Shown: one piece after another, positions 30,047-32,000 of the stretch
How positions within the stretch are numbered: the first letter of the stretch is position 1
Layout of the letters: each line of letters opens with the position of its first letter
Position numbers and translations under genes: made by a program
Assembly (NCBI RefSeq): GCF_000025125.1
Contig: NC_013771.1
Location: 30,001-62,000, forward strand
Length of the DNA stretch: 32,000 nucleotides
From: Candidatus Atelocyanobacterium thalassa isolate ALOHA
GTDB taxonomy: Bacteria; Cyanobacteriota; Cyanobacteriia; Cyanobacteriales; Microcystaceae
Direction: 5' to 3'
Notes under the pieces: model-generated
Seen by the model: only the letters and a program-made list of their open reading frames with translations
Database searches by the model: none
What the model was told of the DNA's origin: nothing

Positions 30047-30616
30047 TTAATAAGCATCTTGTAATTCATAAAAATTTGGAGAAATGTAATCTTTGCGTAA
30101 AGGCCAGCCAACCCAATCTTCTGGCATTAAAATTCTTTTCAAATCAGGATGGTTATCATACACAATTCCATACATATCGTAGTTTTCCCTTTCTTGCCAA
30201 TCAGCAGCTTTCCAAATCCAATATACTGAAGGTACATGAGGATTATCCCTTGTTAAAAATACTTTGAGACGCATCTCTTGAGGACTATCGATATTGTCTG
30301 CAACTTTAACTAAGTGATAAAAACTAACTAGTTCTTTACCGGGACCTAAATCATAGGCTCCTTGGCACTGCAAATAATTGAATCCGTAGGCATATAAGGC
30401 AGTTGACAAAGGAATTAAAAACTTTGGAGATATGCCAATTATTTCTATTCCTAAATGATCCACTCCTAAAATATTATGTTCGAAACCATTTTTCGTTAAC
30501 CAATTAGAAATTGGTCCTGGTTGCAAAGCTGTTGATTCTTGTTCGTCTTTAGAGACTTTTCCTGTTGTTTTTTTTTCTTCTTCAGTCACTTTACACGTCC
30601 TCCAGTTGCTTTTCAA
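30047..30616 (-). CDS. ndhJ: NAD(P)H-quinone oxidoreductase (NDH-1) subunit J
   Basis: [27 protein letters not shown]..., [26 protein letters not shown] and [23 protein letters not shown]. The start is uncertain. ATG 30616 overlaps ndhK by 26 nt, while GTG 30589 begins one base after the ndhK stop. Confidence 0.9.
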   Translation of the reverse strand: MKSNWRTCKVTEEEKKTTGKVSKDEQESTALQPGPISNWLTKNGFEHNILGVDHLGIEIIGISPKFLIPLSTALYAYGFNYLQCQGAYDLGPGKELVSFYHLVKVADNIDSPQEMRLKVFLTRDNPHVPSVYWIWKAADWQERENYDMYGIVYDNHPDLKRILMPEDWVGWPLRKDYISPNFYELQDAY

Positions 30617-31334
30617 TAGCTAAAGTAGGTAATTTTTCAGCTCCGAATATTTCGCTTAACTCTTTAGGAGGAGTATGTCTAGTTTCAGTAGCTAAGTATT
30701 TACCGGTTAATATTGGGGAAACTACTTTCATGTTATGTGGAGCACTGTAATAACGATGAGTTTGCTCCATAATAGTCGCTCTTTCTTGAATTGTTTCATT
30801 AGAGACTTTCTTCCGCAATTTAATAACAGCATCAAAAATCGCTTCAGGTCGGGGAGGACAACCAGGAATATATACATCTACAGGAATTAATTTATCTACT
30901 CCACGTACAGTAGTTGTAGAATCACGGCTAAACATTCCTCCGGTAATTGTGCAGGCACCCATTGCAATTACATATTTAGGAGAAGGCATTTCCTCGTAAA
31001 GACGCACTAAAGCAGGAGCCATTTTCATAGTTACAGTTCCTGCAACTAGAAGCAAATCTGCTTGCCTTGGACTGCATCGAGGAACTAAACCAAAGCGATC
31101 AAAATCAAAACGTGAACCAATTAAAGCAGCAAATTCAATGAAGCAACAAGCTGTGCCGTATAACAATGGCCATAGGCTAGATAAACGAGCCCAGTTGTGC
31201 AAGTCATCAACGGTAGTCAAAATTATATTTTCTGATAAATCCTGGGTAATATTACCAGGAGATATAGGATTAAGAACTTTTTCTTTTTGCGACTGTTCTA
31301 TAGTTGATAGATCTGGTGTTAAATTTTGATTCAT
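30591..31334 (-). CDS. ndhK: NAD(P)H-quinone oxidoreductase (NDH-1) subunit K
   Basis: 247 aa with the Fe-S cluster ligand contexts [22 protein letters not shown] and [10 protein letters not shown]. Confidence 0.95.
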   Translation of the reverse strand: MNQNLTPDLSTIEQSQKEKVLNPISPGNITQDLSENIILTTVDDLHNWARLSSLWPLLYGTACCFIEFAALIGSRFDFDRFGLVPRCSPRQADLLLVAGTVTMKMAPALVRLYEEMPSPKYVIAMGACTITGGMFSRDSTTTVRGVDKLIPVDVYIPGCPPRPEAIFDAVIKLRKKVSNETIQERATIMEQTHRYYSAPHNMKVVSPILTGKYLATETRHTPPKELSEIFGAEKLPTLAIEKQLEDV

Positions 31335-31387
31335 AAGAATTCAGTTATGGTCAATGTACAATAATCGTTGGAAGATATTTTAAGGCC

Positions 31388-31750
31388 TTAAGACCATTCT
31401 AGTGCACCTTTTCTCCAAGCATAAACTAATGCAATAACAAGAATAGCTATAAATATAAGGGCTTCAACAAAAGCTAATAGGCCTAAACTATTGAAAGCTA
31501 CTGCCCAAGGATATAAAAAGACTGTTTCCACATCAAATACAACAAACACTAAGGCAAACATATAATAGCGAATATTGAATTGTATCCAAGCGCCTCCAAT
31601 AGGCTCCATCCCAGATTCATAAGTAGTTAGCGTTTCAGGGCCACCATTACTGGGACGCAAAATCTTCGATGCAGTTAAAGCTAAAACAGGAATTAGATTA
31701 CAGGCTATAAGAAAGCCGAGTAAATATTCGTAACCGCTGAGGACAAACAC
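31388..31750 (-). CDS. ndhC: NAD(P)H-quinone oxidoreductase (NDH-1) subunit 3 (NdhC)
   Basis: 120 aa with three TM helices and YESGMEP...[23 protein letters not shown]. It is first in the conserved ndhC-ndhK-ndhJ order. Confidence 0.95.
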   Translation of the reverse strand: MFVLSGYEYLLGFLIACNLIPVLALTASKILRPSNGGPETLTTYESGMEPIGGAWIQFNIRYYMFALVFVVFDVETVFLYPWAVAFNSLGLLAFVEALIFIAILVIALVYAWRKGALEWS

Positions 31751-32000
31751 TATTTTCTATTAACTCCTCTAAAGATATGGTTTATATCATTTTGCTTACA
31801 CTTTCTATTAAACCGTAAACTATGCTCAAATAAACCTCTAAAAACAACTTTAATTTTAGATAAATTATTAACAAGTATTAATCTAATAATATATGTATAT
31901 ATTCTCAAATAAAAAGTTTCTAGATTTTATTGTTTAAAATTATTTATTCTGATAACTTTTCTTTAAAACTTGACAAATTTTTCCAACAATCGTTAATTAA

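Noticed and set aside
1547-31329. Sixteen short ORFs (61-123 aa) in the supplied track that lie antisense to, or out of frame within, larger conserved genes. They are 1547-1750, 1770-2141, 9996-10217, 10356-10589, 13949-14149, 15580-15780, 17929-18150, 19491-19688, 24191-24382, 24452-24796, 26934-27179, 27251-27448, 28186-28431, 30076-30267, 30565-30750 and 31138-31329.
   Set aside because: Each is embedded largely or wholly in a long ORF with unmistakable family motifs (murT, ABC ATPase, gatC, permease, ileS, recO, glyA, mfd, ndhJ/K). Their translations are low-complexity with no recognisable motifs. Such shadow ORFs are expected opposite real genes.
1-32000. Search by eye for CRISPR-like arrays, long tandem repeats, IS or transposase ends, integrase or phage genes, toxin-antitoxin pairs and restriction-modification or other defence cassettes.
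   Set aside because: None seen. The only nuclease-like small gene (HNH, 2559-3062) stands alone, without a methyltransferase, helicase or ATPase partner, and it resembles a conserved housekeeping-type cyanobacterial HNH protein. A visual scan cannot exclude very degenerate repeats.

Overview
AT-rich window (about 30% GC by eye, not computed) of tightly packed housekeeping genes with clearly cyanobacterial content and synteny. In order: uvrC (partial), murT-like ligase, HNH protein, tRNA-Leu(UAA) split by the classic group I intron, asd-dapA-rnj, efp-accB, MalK-like ABC ATPase, rne, an SRP RNA that no ORF track would show, gatC-ycf3-ABC permease, ileS, recO, a small Ycf33-like protein, a GHL10 hydrolase-like protein, an SPFH/prohibitin protein, an ECF/CbiO-type ATPase, glyA, a frame-disrupted GTPase-DUF697 gene, mfd, and ndhC-ndhK-ndhJ. 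Low GC, several long ORF-free AT-rich spacers, a single HIP1 octamer and one decaying gene point to a reduced-genome cyanobacterium or a cyanobacterium-derived endosymbiont or organelle. I cannot name the organism from sequence alone. I found no CRISPR array, transposase, integrase, prophage, toxin-antitoxin pair or recognisable defence genes, and no convincing novel multi-gene system. This looks like an ordinary core-genome region. The items most worth a second look are: (1) a GTPase-DUF697 gene whose Walker A motif is restored only by a -1 shift or one extra A inside an A8 run that is also an A AAA AAA slippery heptamer; (2) a ~1.07 kb ORF-free spacer upstream of rne, bounded on its far side by the SRP RNA; (3) a perfect 34-bp inverted repeat between tRNA-Leu and rnj; (4) an Arg-rich tail on RNase J resembling the RNase E C-terminal docking peptide. 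All are modest-interest observations that need computation or wet-lab checks.
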